Assembly (NCBI GenBank): GCA_043228905.1
Contig: JBHGNT010000001.1
Span: forward strand, 28,210,001-28,274,000
DNA length: 64,000 bases
Source: Azolla caroliniana
Lineage: Eukaryota > Plantae > Polypodiophyta
Direction: 5' to 3'
In this document: in pieces, positions 21,188 through 32,273 of the stretch
Position numbering within the stretch: the stretch's first letter is position 1
Layout of the letters: each line of letters opens with the position of its first letter
The notes under the pieces: generated by a model
Database searches by the model: none
Told to the model about the DNA's origin: nothing
What the model saw: only the letters and a program-made list of their open reading frames with translations
Translations under genes and position numbers: made by a program

Positions 21188-24137
21188 AGTATAGGGGAAA
21201 GGGTAGGAAGATGAGGGAGAGTGACAAGTAGGCTAGAGGAAAAAATTGGTTCAAACTGTCAGGAATAGTACTAAAACAGAGATGGAATTAGTACTAAGAA
21301 GAGTAGTACTATTAGTACTATTAGTACTAAGAGGACGGGACTGCGTAAGATTCCCGAGAGAGAGGAAGTGAGAAGAGAAGAGAGAGAGAGAAATAGGATG
21401 ATGACAACAGCTCTTATATTATATGAAAGATAAGTACAAATCGACTAAGAGGCTTAAGACTGGTGTTGAACCAATTTGGTTCAACATAATGCTTAGTGCC
21501 TTCTTTTATAGTGTTCTCAGGAATAATCCTGAAGCTTCTAGAATGTTCCAGAGAAATCTGGAATATACATTACTTTCTTATAATAAAACATAAATGAAAA
21601 TAATATTCTATGAATTACAATAGATGGTGAGATGGTTAAGAGCTCGACCCATATACCATAAGGTCATGGGTTCGAGTCTTGCCATCTCATGACACCTATA
21701 AAGGACCATCAACCCTCTCACGAGTTATTTCATGAGATGAATAGAATTAGTAAGGCCAAACTAAAATTTCAAGAAGATTGGCGTACTAAATTTAAGTGGC
21801 TTGAGGAGGATTTGGAAACTGGTCTTTTATGGTGTAGTTATTGTAGGAGTGATCCTCATTGTAAGTCTTCATTTGGCAAAACAGGTGCCAAAAACTTTAA
21901 GACTTTTGCATTAGAAGAACATGCAAGAAGTGTGACCCATCAAGATGCCATTTTATTCCAAGAACGAGACAAGAATGGTCTTGGAAAATGTGCATCAAAG
22001 AAAAAAGCTAGTGTGGATGTAGCAATTGAAAAACTGTTTAAATGTGCATATTTTATAGCTAAAGAGGATTTGGCATTTAGAAAACTGGAAAGCCTCTTAC
22101 GATTGTTAAGAGAATGAGGTGTGGAAGGCCTTCCACGAATTTATAACGATAATAAGGCTTGTGCAAGCTTTATCTTGCACATTAGCAAGGCTCTTGAAGC
22201 CGAGATATATGATAGGGTGAGGACAAGTCCTTGGTTTGGGCTTATGGTAGATGAAGCTACCGATGTGAGCGTAACCAAGAACTTGATCCTTTACGCTACA
22301 TTTGTGGAAGGAAGGCAAGTAAAAACCTCTTATTTGGGGGTACTTGAAGTAGAGGATGGTACAATGAACACAATAACAGAAACCATTTTAGCATTGTTAA
22401 AAAAGTGGAACCTAGATGTTAGAAAAATGATGGGATTTGGAAGTGATGGAGCATCTGTTATGGTAGGTATGTCTACAGGTGTTGTTACAAGATTGAAGTC
22501 ATATAATCCATTTATGACTTCGTTACATTGTTGTGCACATCGAACAAACTTGTGTGTGCAAGAGGCTTCAAAGAACATTGAAGTCAAAGAAACAATGCAA
22601 GCAATTAGATGCCCTTGTGAATCGAGTGGCTGCACATTTCTCAAGGAGCTCAATGCGCCAAGGTGAATTAACTAAGATGCAAGATGCATTAGAATACACA
22701 CATTTGCATATTCTTGGGATTGTGAAGACACGATGTCTTAGTCGGCATAGTGCTAGCATGAGGGTATGCGATGTGTATGAACCCTTGATGATGACTTTGC
22801 AATCGCAAAGTGATGCATACAATGTATTCTTAAGTTTAAGAAACTTCAAAGTAGTGTATATGCTTCACTTGCAGATGTACTTAAGATCATGTCTACGTTA
22901 AGTATGAAATTCCAAAAGGAATATGTGGATGTGACATGCATTGGAGGTTTGGTTATGGTAGCTATTGGGGAGATAGAAGAACAATTTCTACATCATCTTA
23001 TGATGGATCCCAATGGTTTTGAGAAGGATAGCTATAATTATCCAATTATTCCAGAATATGGTAGAGAAAAAGGAATGCTTTCAGTTTTACGAGATGCTAT
23101 AAAAGGTAATATGTATAAAAGCATCCTCATGGATAGATGTATTGATGGTGAGGACTTAATTGAAGCCATACGATTCCAAACGTTGTTTTCTAAGGCATTT
23201 AATAGAGACAATAAAAAAAAGGCTTCAAGATCTGGTGACTCTTTCCGCGTTGAAAATGTTATCACCAATGAACATGTCTACTGGATCTATAAGCATTTTA
23301 GCACGAAAAACTATAGGTCTTAATGAGTTGAAAACACTTGGAAATTTTTATGGCATTCAAAAAATGATAGATGGGAAAACATTTTCTCCCATAATTGATA
23401 ATGATAAACTGTATGATGAATATGCAATTTTCAAAAGGCAAGCCACTACGGAATGTCTTGAAAGAGATTTCTTAGATGTTTGGGGTATGATAAATTGTAA
23501 TGATGTGTGGAAAGAAAAGCTACCCGAACTTCTAAAGCTTTCATTGATAGGATTAATTCAATGTTCTTCTACGGCAACATGTGAGAGAGGCTTTAGTCGC
23601 CTAAATCTAATAAAAAATAAGTTTAGAAATAGGTTAAAAAGCAATGCGATTGATGCATTGATACGAATAGAACATGACTTTAGTGCTACCATTTTGTTGT
23701 GGCAAGAAAGCAAGGCATATCGTCATATTTTTACAAGAACTTCTCATGAGCATGATGATGACATCGAGGACTTCATAGAAGATATAGATTGAAACATTAT
23801 AAATTTGATTGATTTTGTTTTGGAACTTTCTATATACTAGATCTAATTTGATCTAATATGCTGTTAATGCTACTTTACAAAGTTTTGAAAAGTGAAAATT
23901 GTTTAAAAAGTTAGAATTTTTTTTGGTAAATATATATCTTTAGTTTTTGGGATCCAAAATTTTGTGATTGATTTGTTTTGGTATTGCGCTAGATTTTTTT
24001 TTATTTGGTATATGGCCAATTTTTTTTTTTAACATGTTTCGGTTGACATTGTTGCTAGTAGGAACGTGGCCGGCTGAAATTTTAAAATTCCGGTTAGGTT
24101 TATGAGAAGTAGGAAAATTTCTAGTATGGGCTAGAGA

Positions 24138-24152
24138 CTTTGCCCAACACTG
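24138..24152 (-). repeat. Probable right terminal inverted repeat of the hAT element
   Basis: Reads CAGTGTTGGGCAAAG on the minus strand (hAT-like CAG start), 360 bp after the transposase stop. The left partner was not found in the window. Confidence 0.5.
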
Positions 24153-27100
24153 ATCCATAGAAAGTATTAATGTAATATTCGTGTTCGTGCAAGCATTCAA
24201 ACGTTTGGAAACGAACACGTTTGAAATTGGAAAAATACGTGCTCCGTATTTTTTTCTTTCTTTCATTTATTATTATTATAATTCAGCTCACCCTTGTGGT
24301 AAGGAGTCATGTTATTGTTGTCTATGTCTTTGGTTCAATTCCCAATTTTCTCATCTTTCTCTCTCTCTCTCTCTCTCTCTCTCATTAGTACCATTTTTAT
24401 AGCAAAATTTTATGTTAGTGTTATAATGTTTTTTTTGTTATAGAATAGAGTGATTAAGAAAGATCAAAGAGTGATTAGATATTAATCAAGATCACAATAC
24501 AATCTTTAGATAGAGCTCATACGCTACGCTCTTCTCTATATCATCTCAAAATGATTGAGATACATGAGTTTATGACCCACAAGATGATGGGATGCATGCA
24601 TACTATTTACATTATGAAGTCTTGTTAACTAGAGTTTAGGACTAAGATAAGTATAGCATGACTCATATTATGCATGATTTCATAACACTCCCCCTCATCT
24701 CATCATCATTGGTTTAGCTCATTAGCTCTGATAATCTTCTAAGTCCAAGAGAAGGAATGTTCAGCCAATATTTTGATGCGAGTAAGCTTTTGGTAAATAT
24801 ATCTGCCAAGTTCTTGCTTCATTGCATAGGTTGAATGTTGATATAATTATCATTGAGCTCATGAGTAAAGAAAAACTCGGGAGAAATATGTTTGATTCAA
24901 TCCCCTTTAATGAAACCTTTCTTGATTTGATTAATGCAAGCATAATTATCTTCATAGATAACTGTTGGTAATGAGGGGCTAATAAAACCGCAAGAACTTT
25001 CAATATGCCCGATTACGCATTGTAACCATAGGCATTCTCCTCTTGCTAAATGTAATACCAATATCTCAACATGATTTGAAGATGTTGTAGCCAATGTTTG
25101 CTTTGCCGATCGCCAATAGATCGTTGTACCACCAACAAGGAAAATATATCATGTTTGTGGTCTACCAACGTGAGGGTCAGATAAAAAAACCCAACGTCAG
25201 AATAACCGGTCAATTGGCCGTGCATAGAATCGTTGGTAAAGAAAAGACCGATATCTTTAGTGCCTCGTAAATATTGGAAAATCTGCTAAATTCCAATCCA
25301 GTGTTGCCTGGTAGGATCGTGACTATATCGAGCCAACAAATTGACAGCGAACGAAATGTCCGAACGGGTACAATTGGCCAAGTACATAAGTGCACCAACA
25401 ACATCCATGTTAGGATATTTGTGGTTCCAATGCTGACTCGTTGGAAGATCTTGGCCGAAATGGGTCACGAGAAGGATCTAGAGAGAGTACTACCATAGGA
25501 GTTCTAATAAAATGAGCTTGATACATAGAAAACCATTTTAATATTTTATGGATATCAGAGCTCTGATGAAGATGAATTCCATTAGATAGGTGCTCGATTT
25601 GAAGACCCAAGCAGAATATAGTTAAGCTGAGGTCTTTCATTTCAAATTGGCGGCTAAGCATAGCAACAACATCTTCAATATTATTGGATGTTCCAATAAT
25701 ATTGAGATCATCAATATAAATAGCGATGATGACAAATTATTTGAGATGATGCTTGATAAATATGCAAGGACAAATATCATCATTCTTAAATCCATGAGAA
25801 GAAGATATTGAGAAAGATGTTGATACCACATACGACCAACTTGTTTAAGTCCATAAAGTGACTTACATAACTTGATCGATGGATTGCGAAATTTTCCAAG
25901 CTACATAGATTTGCAAAGTTCTTCAGGTATCTTCAAGTATATATCTTTATCCAAATCACCATAAAGATAAGCTATAACCACATCCATGATACGCATATGA
26001 AGACTTCGTTGAATAGTAAAATGAATCAACCAACGAAAACGTTGCATCTATAACCTGAGAATATGTATCGCTATAATCAATACCAAATTGTTGTGTAAAA
26101 CCTTGAGCAACAAACCTTGCCTTATAACGGATACCAATAGGTGTCTCTTGAATTTTATCAAAAACTCCTTGCTTGAGAAGACTATTTAGCTTCTTTCCAC
26201 TTATCCCAAAAAGGGGATGTTTTTGCTTCTTGAATAGTTTGAGGATCCGATTCATTCACAAAATTTGTCATGAGTTGATGGGGAGAGTAAACATGATATG
26301 ATGACAACCGTAGTTGGAGAAGTTGTGCTGCATGAAGTACTGCATGTCCCCATGTTGAACTAGGCAAATTTGATTTGATAAGAATCGGCCGCACAATTAC
26401 TTGGATTTGTTTAATCGAAGATTCAACCATACCATTTTGAGTGTGAACATGAGGAGTTGAAACTTCAAAATTAATACTAATAGATTTGCAATAGCGAATA
26501 AAGGTTGTTGACGTAAACTTGGCAACATTGTCCATCTGAATCGGCTTAATTGGAAAATCTGGGAATTGAGCAAGCAACTTGATGATAAGGATGAGGAGTC
26601 AAAGAAATGCCATGTTGCGAGTAGAAAGAAGTGTGACGTGAGAAAAACGCAACGAAGCATCTTTGACTCCCATGAAGTAATAAAATGGTCCAAAAGGAGG
26701 GTGTACTAGTCCATGGATATCGCCATGTATATGCTCCAAAAGTTTTTGGTGACTCACACAGTTCCTTGTGCAAGAAAGGATGAATCAACAACTTTCCTTG
26801 TGCACATGGAACACAAAGACAAGTTTTAACTTGATTAAAGTATTCCAACTTTAAAGGTAGATCTTGAACATCATTGATCATTCTCCTAATCATTGTATGG
26901 CCAGGATGACCTAGTCTATCATGCCAAAGATCCAATATATCGGTATTGACATTCGAAGAAATATTGGAGTAGTGGGCAAATGAAGCCATGCGGATCTTCG
27001 GGGCTTTAAGGTTGAAACAATACAATTGATTTGGTAAGACTTCTAACTCATCAATAACCTGGGTAGTATTTGATAGGTGCTTGACTACTCGCATTGTCTC

Positions 27101-27702
27101 TTTCCCATCTTGTTCCCATGTCATGAGGTGGTATCCATTGCGTCGTACATCTGCAAATGCAAGAAGATTTCTCAGTGAGGTAGGCGTATAGATAACATCA
27201 TGTATTTCTAAGCAAACACCACTTGGAAGTTGGATACTGGTGGGGCCTCTTCCTTCCAATACAAGAACCAACAATAGTCTTGATGTCAAAAGGGGCTTGA
27301 TCTTTAATATGATGAAAGAATTCTTTATGACATAGAATAGTGTGTGTTGAGGCACAATCAATAAGACAAAGAAAACGACTTGTATGCAAATCAATCATAT
27401 GAGCTTCAAACATGTTGACTTCGAGCTCAAATTCCAAAGGATGATCCATAAAACTATATTCCAAGATTGGAATTGATGGTGAGATTGTTGATGATTCTAC
27501 TACCATATTAGCCTCTGGTTTCGTATCTCGACCTTGCTTGCCATACTTCTGGTAAAGATCAACATGAAACTTAGAAGTTCGGCAGGTATTTGCCCAATGC
27601 CCTCGTAAACCACATCGAAGACATGAATTCGATGAAGGCTTATCTTGACTTGACTTTGATTGATGATGCATTGGCTTGACTTGATTACTTGTGGGATATT
27701 GT

Positions 27703-28099
27703 TGTTAGGAAACAGGTCCCTCCGGATGGGAAATGAGAAGAATAGTACTGATGAGCAAACTCGGATGACAAGTACCCGGCTACGGAAGACCTGGTGAGAA
27801 CCGGATGAGGAGTACCCGGCTACGGAAGACCCGGTGGGAACCGGATGAGGAGTACCCGGCTACGGAAGACCCGGTGGGAACCGGATGAGGAGTACCCGGC
27901 AAGAGCCGGATGGTGAAGGCCCGGTGAGAAGTGCTCACCGGATGAAGGGACATATTCGTAAATATGTTTCTGAGAGTCCATCGGGGCTATATTTATAAAT
28001 AGCCGAAAAGTCGTATTAGTATAAATATGACTTAGGGCAAACAGAGAAAGATGATTGTTGTTGTCATTCTTGTTGGCGCAAGATTAGAGCGCAACAGTG

Positions 28100-28144
<45 letters not shown>

Positions 28145-28400
28145 AGAGTTCGTATCTCTGTTGTAACCGTCGCTTGTGGCGAAGACAGTGAACAAGAGGT
28201 TGTTGCCTCTGTGTTCATCTATTGTATATTGTTACATAGTGATAGTTAGCAGTCAGTGGACTGTCGTGGTTTTTCCCGTGTTTGGGTTTTCCACGTAAAC
28301 ATCCTGTGTACTCTTCTCTCCATTGTGTCGTGCATTCATTCCTGTTTTCTGTGTTTTGATTCTAAGCTTGGTTGTGGCCGAGCGTTGTTCCTATCAAAGT
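27703..28400 (+). repeat. Solo LTR related to the copia family at 36638-63916, inserted in the Bianca gag
   Basis: Starts TGTTAGGAAACAGGTC and ends ...CCTATCA (28396) plus AAGT. TSD ATTGT. Host gag rejoins as RKQYPTSNQVKPMHHQ. Confidence 0.85.
27761..27900 (+). repeat. 40-bp tandem repeat, about 3.5 copies, in U3 of the solo LTR
   Basis: CCGGATGAGGAGTACCCGGCTACGGAAGACCCGGTGGGAA head-to-tail with no spacers. Confidence 0.9.
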
Positions 28401-29636
28401 ATTGTTTCCTTTGTTGATTTCTTCCTCCTCTTCCTCTTCCTTGACTCTGTGCATATGGATGTTGGTGACGATGTTGTCGGCTAGAATAATTACTCTCGAC
28501 ATGTGTCAAATCCTTGAATTGTAGAGGAGCTGCAAGTTGACTTACTGGATGAAGTTTGTCGTTCTTGAGGAGAACTTGGTGGTGTTGCTCAACAACAAGA
28601 AGTGCAGATAAAAGTTCAGCATAGGTTTTAAAATCACGATTACGATATTGTTCGGAAAGATTAAAATTTGAGGGATGAAAAGTAGTTAACGTTTTGTTGA
28701 TTAGATTCCCCTCTTGAACAAGGTTATCATGACCACAAAATTTAAGTTTAGAAACGATACCAAATAGTGATGAATTATATTCAACAACTGTCTTGAAATC
28801 TTGAAAACGAAGTTGATTCCATTCATGCAAAGTGTTGGGGCCAAGAACAGTTCGTTGATGATCAAACCGGATTTTGAGTTGCTTCCAAAGAGTTGATGGA
28901 TTCTTTATGGAGAAGTATTGATTTTGAAGGCTTAGATCAAGGTGATGAAGAATGAAGATGAATGCTTCCGCTCCCTTCTTCTTAGTATTTGAATTCTTCG
29001 CATCATTAAAATTATCACTTATCGTATGAAGGATATCTTTTGCCGTGAGATGGCATTCGACATGAACCATCCAAGTCATATAATTGGACCCATCCAACGC
29101 AAGTGGCGGGAATAAGCATTTCTCTATTTGTAGAGCTTGAGAAGTCATGCTAATGGTAATAATAAGGTAGATTTATATAAGAGAATAATTAATTACTATT
29201 GTAGAGGCTAATCGTGCTGATAACGTGTTATAGAATAGAGTGATTAAGTAAGATCAAAGAGTGATTAGATATTAATCAAGATCACAATACAATCTCTAGA
29301 TAGAGCTCATACGCTACACTCTTCTCTATATCATCTCAAAATGATTGAGATACATGAGTTTATGACCCACAAGATGATGGGATGCATGCATACTATTTAC
29401 ATTATGAAGTCTTGTTAACTAGAGTTTAAGACTAAGATAAGTATAACATGACTCATGTTATGCATGATTTCATAACAATTTTCTTCTCTTTTTTTATTAT
29501 TAGAACTAATGTTATAATGTTAGTGTTACTTGTGTCTTGGGTGCAATTCCCAACTTTCTTATATTCTCTTGTTAGTGTCATGGCAAAATTTTATGTTAGT
29601 GTCATGTTCCTTTTTCTTCTTTTTCTTTCTTTCTTT

Positions 29637-29870
29637 GTTATTAGAAATTAGGTCACCCTAGTGGTAAGTTGTTATGCTACTACTGCCTATGTCATGTTTT
29701 CTTCATATTCTCGAATATACGTTTTATGAGTTTTTGATCGTTTCTTTTTTCTTTTTTTCTTTCTTTATTATTAGAAATTAGCTCACCCTAGTGGTAAGTT
29801 GTTATGCTACTATTGCCTATGTCATGTTTGCTTCATATTCTTGAATATACGTTTTATGAGTTTTTGAACG
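29637..29870. repeat. Two direct copies of a ~130-bp AT-rich unit
   Basis: TTATTAGAAATTAG.TCACCCTAGTGGTAAGTTGTTATGCTAC... occurs near 29637 and 29767. Confidence 0.75.
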
Positions 29871-31225
29871 TTTGATTATAATTTATAATGACATATTTTA
29901 ATTCAATCTCTATAGTTCATACTCATTTTTTTGTAAAGTTCTAAAGTGAGGATGATAGAGATGTTTTGATTCTTAAGAAGCATCCCAAAAGTATGTATGT
30001 GATACAATGCAAATATTGCAACCATACTTATGTTGGTGGTTCACAATGGATTAGAGTCCACTTATTGGGATTGAGAGTGAATCAATATATAATATAGACC
30101 ATAGTCAATCCAATCCAACTTTGAGATGATTTACCATACATGTTTGATTGAATCATTCTCGAATGCGAATGCACGTATGCTACGTTATGGTTCATTCTAT
30201 GTATGGTTGACTAAATAACTAAACTAAGTTGAGCTTGATCTCTCAACAGTTTTTATTAACTAATTGTTTATAATTTTATTTTTTAATTTGTTTTTTAAAT
30301 AATTACTAAATTGGAATTATTAATAAATAAAGAGTAATGGACAAGATACGTATACATACATACATATATGAACATAACGCCCAACTGTCTAATAAATGCT
30401 TAGTTATTAATGATTATTAAATGTAACACCCTTTATCTTGTTTTCTCTTATTCATTATTTAATATTTATGTACAAAAAAAGAATTCAAAAGTCAAGGTTG
30501 CTTCAATCGAATCAAACTCTAGAGTGGAGACTCCAGACCATTCGAGGACTAGCTTGGATTCTCTTCGCTCGCTCTAAAGTTATGTACATTTGTATGTATG
30601 TCAATATGTATGTATGTACGTATGTACACCATATGTATACCACTTGGACTTGGGCAACATTAAAAGATATGCTACGAAGAACCCTGTCTATATATGTAAC
30701 TATCACTTCTCACATGGTCTCCATCAATCCCAATATCCCACTATTCCAATTAGTGCGCATACAGTGAAAAGCTAAGAAGTGACTCCAAGGAGAGAGGCAT
30801 AGTTTGTGAATGTATACACAATTTACCCTCCCCACTAATTCATCGCCTTGTTACACCCAAACACATATATATAACCTCAAAGATGCTCGATCATATGATA
30901 AAACCACTCTACACGGCAAATTCTGATTTATTATTTCCTTGATTCTTCACATGAGGTCGATTTTTGTGGAATATACAAATCCTTGCTGATGTGACAACAA
31001 GAGACATCTATCACAAATTAATTCATAAGTGATATTTAAGGAATTGTAGAAGAAATTTTTTCAGCATGTATGTGAATTAGGACGGATCGGTCGACTAAAT
31101 GGATGGCAAAGAGGCGTACAAGTTAATGGGGATTCTTATATACCCATTATGTAGTTGCAATGTGTGTTACATATGGGGTGGTATTCTTGTCTTCCATTTA
31201 GAGTTAAGGTTTCCATTTAGGGGGT

Positions 31226-31698
31226 TATGGTTAACAATCGGCAACGGAACCGCAAAACCTCTGCTTAACAGTTTGAACGGTTCGGTTCGGTTCAGGTTTA
31301 GGGTTTTTAAAACGGTTCGGTTCAGTTTTAACAGCCAGAAACCGCGGTTTAAATGGTTTAACCGCTATTTATTTATTTTCAAATAAAAAATTTTAAAAAT
31401 TGTTTTTAAACAATATTTTCATTTTTAGAAAGTTATTCTCACATTTTAGGAACAATCTTAAAAAATTTTAAAAATGAAATATTATAAATTTTAAAAAATT
31501 AAAAATTAAAATTTAAAAATTAAAAATTAAAAATTAAAAATTTGACGTATGTTGAAAACCGAAACTGAACCACGAAACCACGATTTTTACGGTTTAATGG
31601 TTTAATGGTTTAATGGTTTAATGGTTTAATGGTTTCGTGGTTCGGTTCGGTTCGGTTCAGGTTTCAAAAAATTTTAAACGGTTCGGTTGTTAGTTATG
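31226..31698. mobile_element. Probable hAT-type MITE
   Basis: Imperfect TIRs (TATGGTTAACAATCG versus reverse complement CATAACTAACAACCG), many subterminal AACCG/CGGTT motifs, AT-rich core, (TTTAATGG)x5. No clean TSD. Confidence 0.45.
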
Positions 31699-32273
31699 GT
31701 TGGGGAATTGCTCATTGGATATGCTCTTTAGAAGAGGAATATTGCTTTTGGATTGTTTTTCTTTTGTGCATTAGAGGTGTTCTAAAGAAGGGAGATATTG
31801 ACTTTGGAGAGTGTTTCTTTTGCACATTGGAGATGCTCTAAAGAAGAGGAATATTGCTTTTGGATTGTGTCTTTTGCGCATTGTCCTTAGAGGAATATTA
31901 CTTTTGGATTGTCAATTCTTAGACACTTTCAAATACATAATAATTGATTTCTCAAGATACGGGGCTTATGACATGTTCGAAGAATGTTGGATACCTTTGT
32001 TTTCTATACAAGCACAATCGTGATTATATAATGATTTTTTAGCCAATTGAAAGGTAGTTTTCTTTCACAATTTTCAATGTTTGAAAATTCGAGGTTATTC
32101 TCATATGAGGGAGGAAGTTCAAACATGTGTTTTGGTTTACTACCATATTCAAATAACGTAAGGTGTGGCAAGATCACATATGGATCCTTAGGGTCTCTTG
32201 GTCTTGATATTGTGAAATGCTCTCAAGAATAGCTCCCTTTCCATTACGTTCTAAGTTGCATTTTATAGACTAG

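Larger units (their letters stand above)
16012..21694 (-). mobile_element. Intact young chromovirus, Tcn1/Tf1/sushi-like
   Basis: 438-bp LTRs at 16012-16449 and 21257-21694 (one difference seen), TSD CCTAT, PPT AAGGGGGAGATAG next to 16450, gag and pol both open. Confidence 0.96.
15896..23792 (+). pseudogene. hAT-superfamily transposase (ZNF862-like), split by the chromovirus and carrying a stop and frameshifts
   Basis: Removing 16012-21699 joins ...SLEEP-IKDHQ... in frame. Zinc finger WCSYC..EEH..VTH, DEATD, SDGASVM, HCCAH, and dimerisation motif STATCERGFSRLNLIKNKFRNRL. Confidence 0.88.
24714..29148 (-). pseudogene. Bianca-like gag-pol with frameshifts, internal deletions and a solo-LTR insertion
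   Basis: Fragments LDGSNYMTW, CLRCGLRGHWANTC, LWHDRLGHPG, HVHTQNGMVE, YKARFVAQGF, VGALMYLANCTR, YEDN. Confidence 0.85.
24436..29477 (-). mobile_element. Decayed Ty1/copia, Bianca-like
   Basis: 252-bp LTRs at 24436-24687 and 29226-29477, flanks TTTTT/ATTTT, PPT GAGGGGGAG, PBS CGTTATCAGCACGA (half-tRNA-Ile type), protease motif CLIDCASTHTIL. Confidence 0.88.

Noticed and set aside
15896-23792. Domesticated host zinc-finger gene
   Set aside because: The stop, frameshifts, insertion and nearby TIR-like end indicate a dead transposase.
27761-27900. Regular 40-bp repeats resembling a CRISPR array
   Set aside because: Head-to-tail copies with no unique spacers, located inside an LTR, with no cas genes in the window.
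31590-31636. (TTTAATGG)n as an interstitial telomere
   Set aside because: It differs from TTTAGGG, has only five units, and lies within MITE-like subterminal repeats.
29900-32270. Short ORFs in the AT-rich spacer as host exons
   Set aside because: No recognisable motifs; the sequence is microsatellite-like or decayed repeat.
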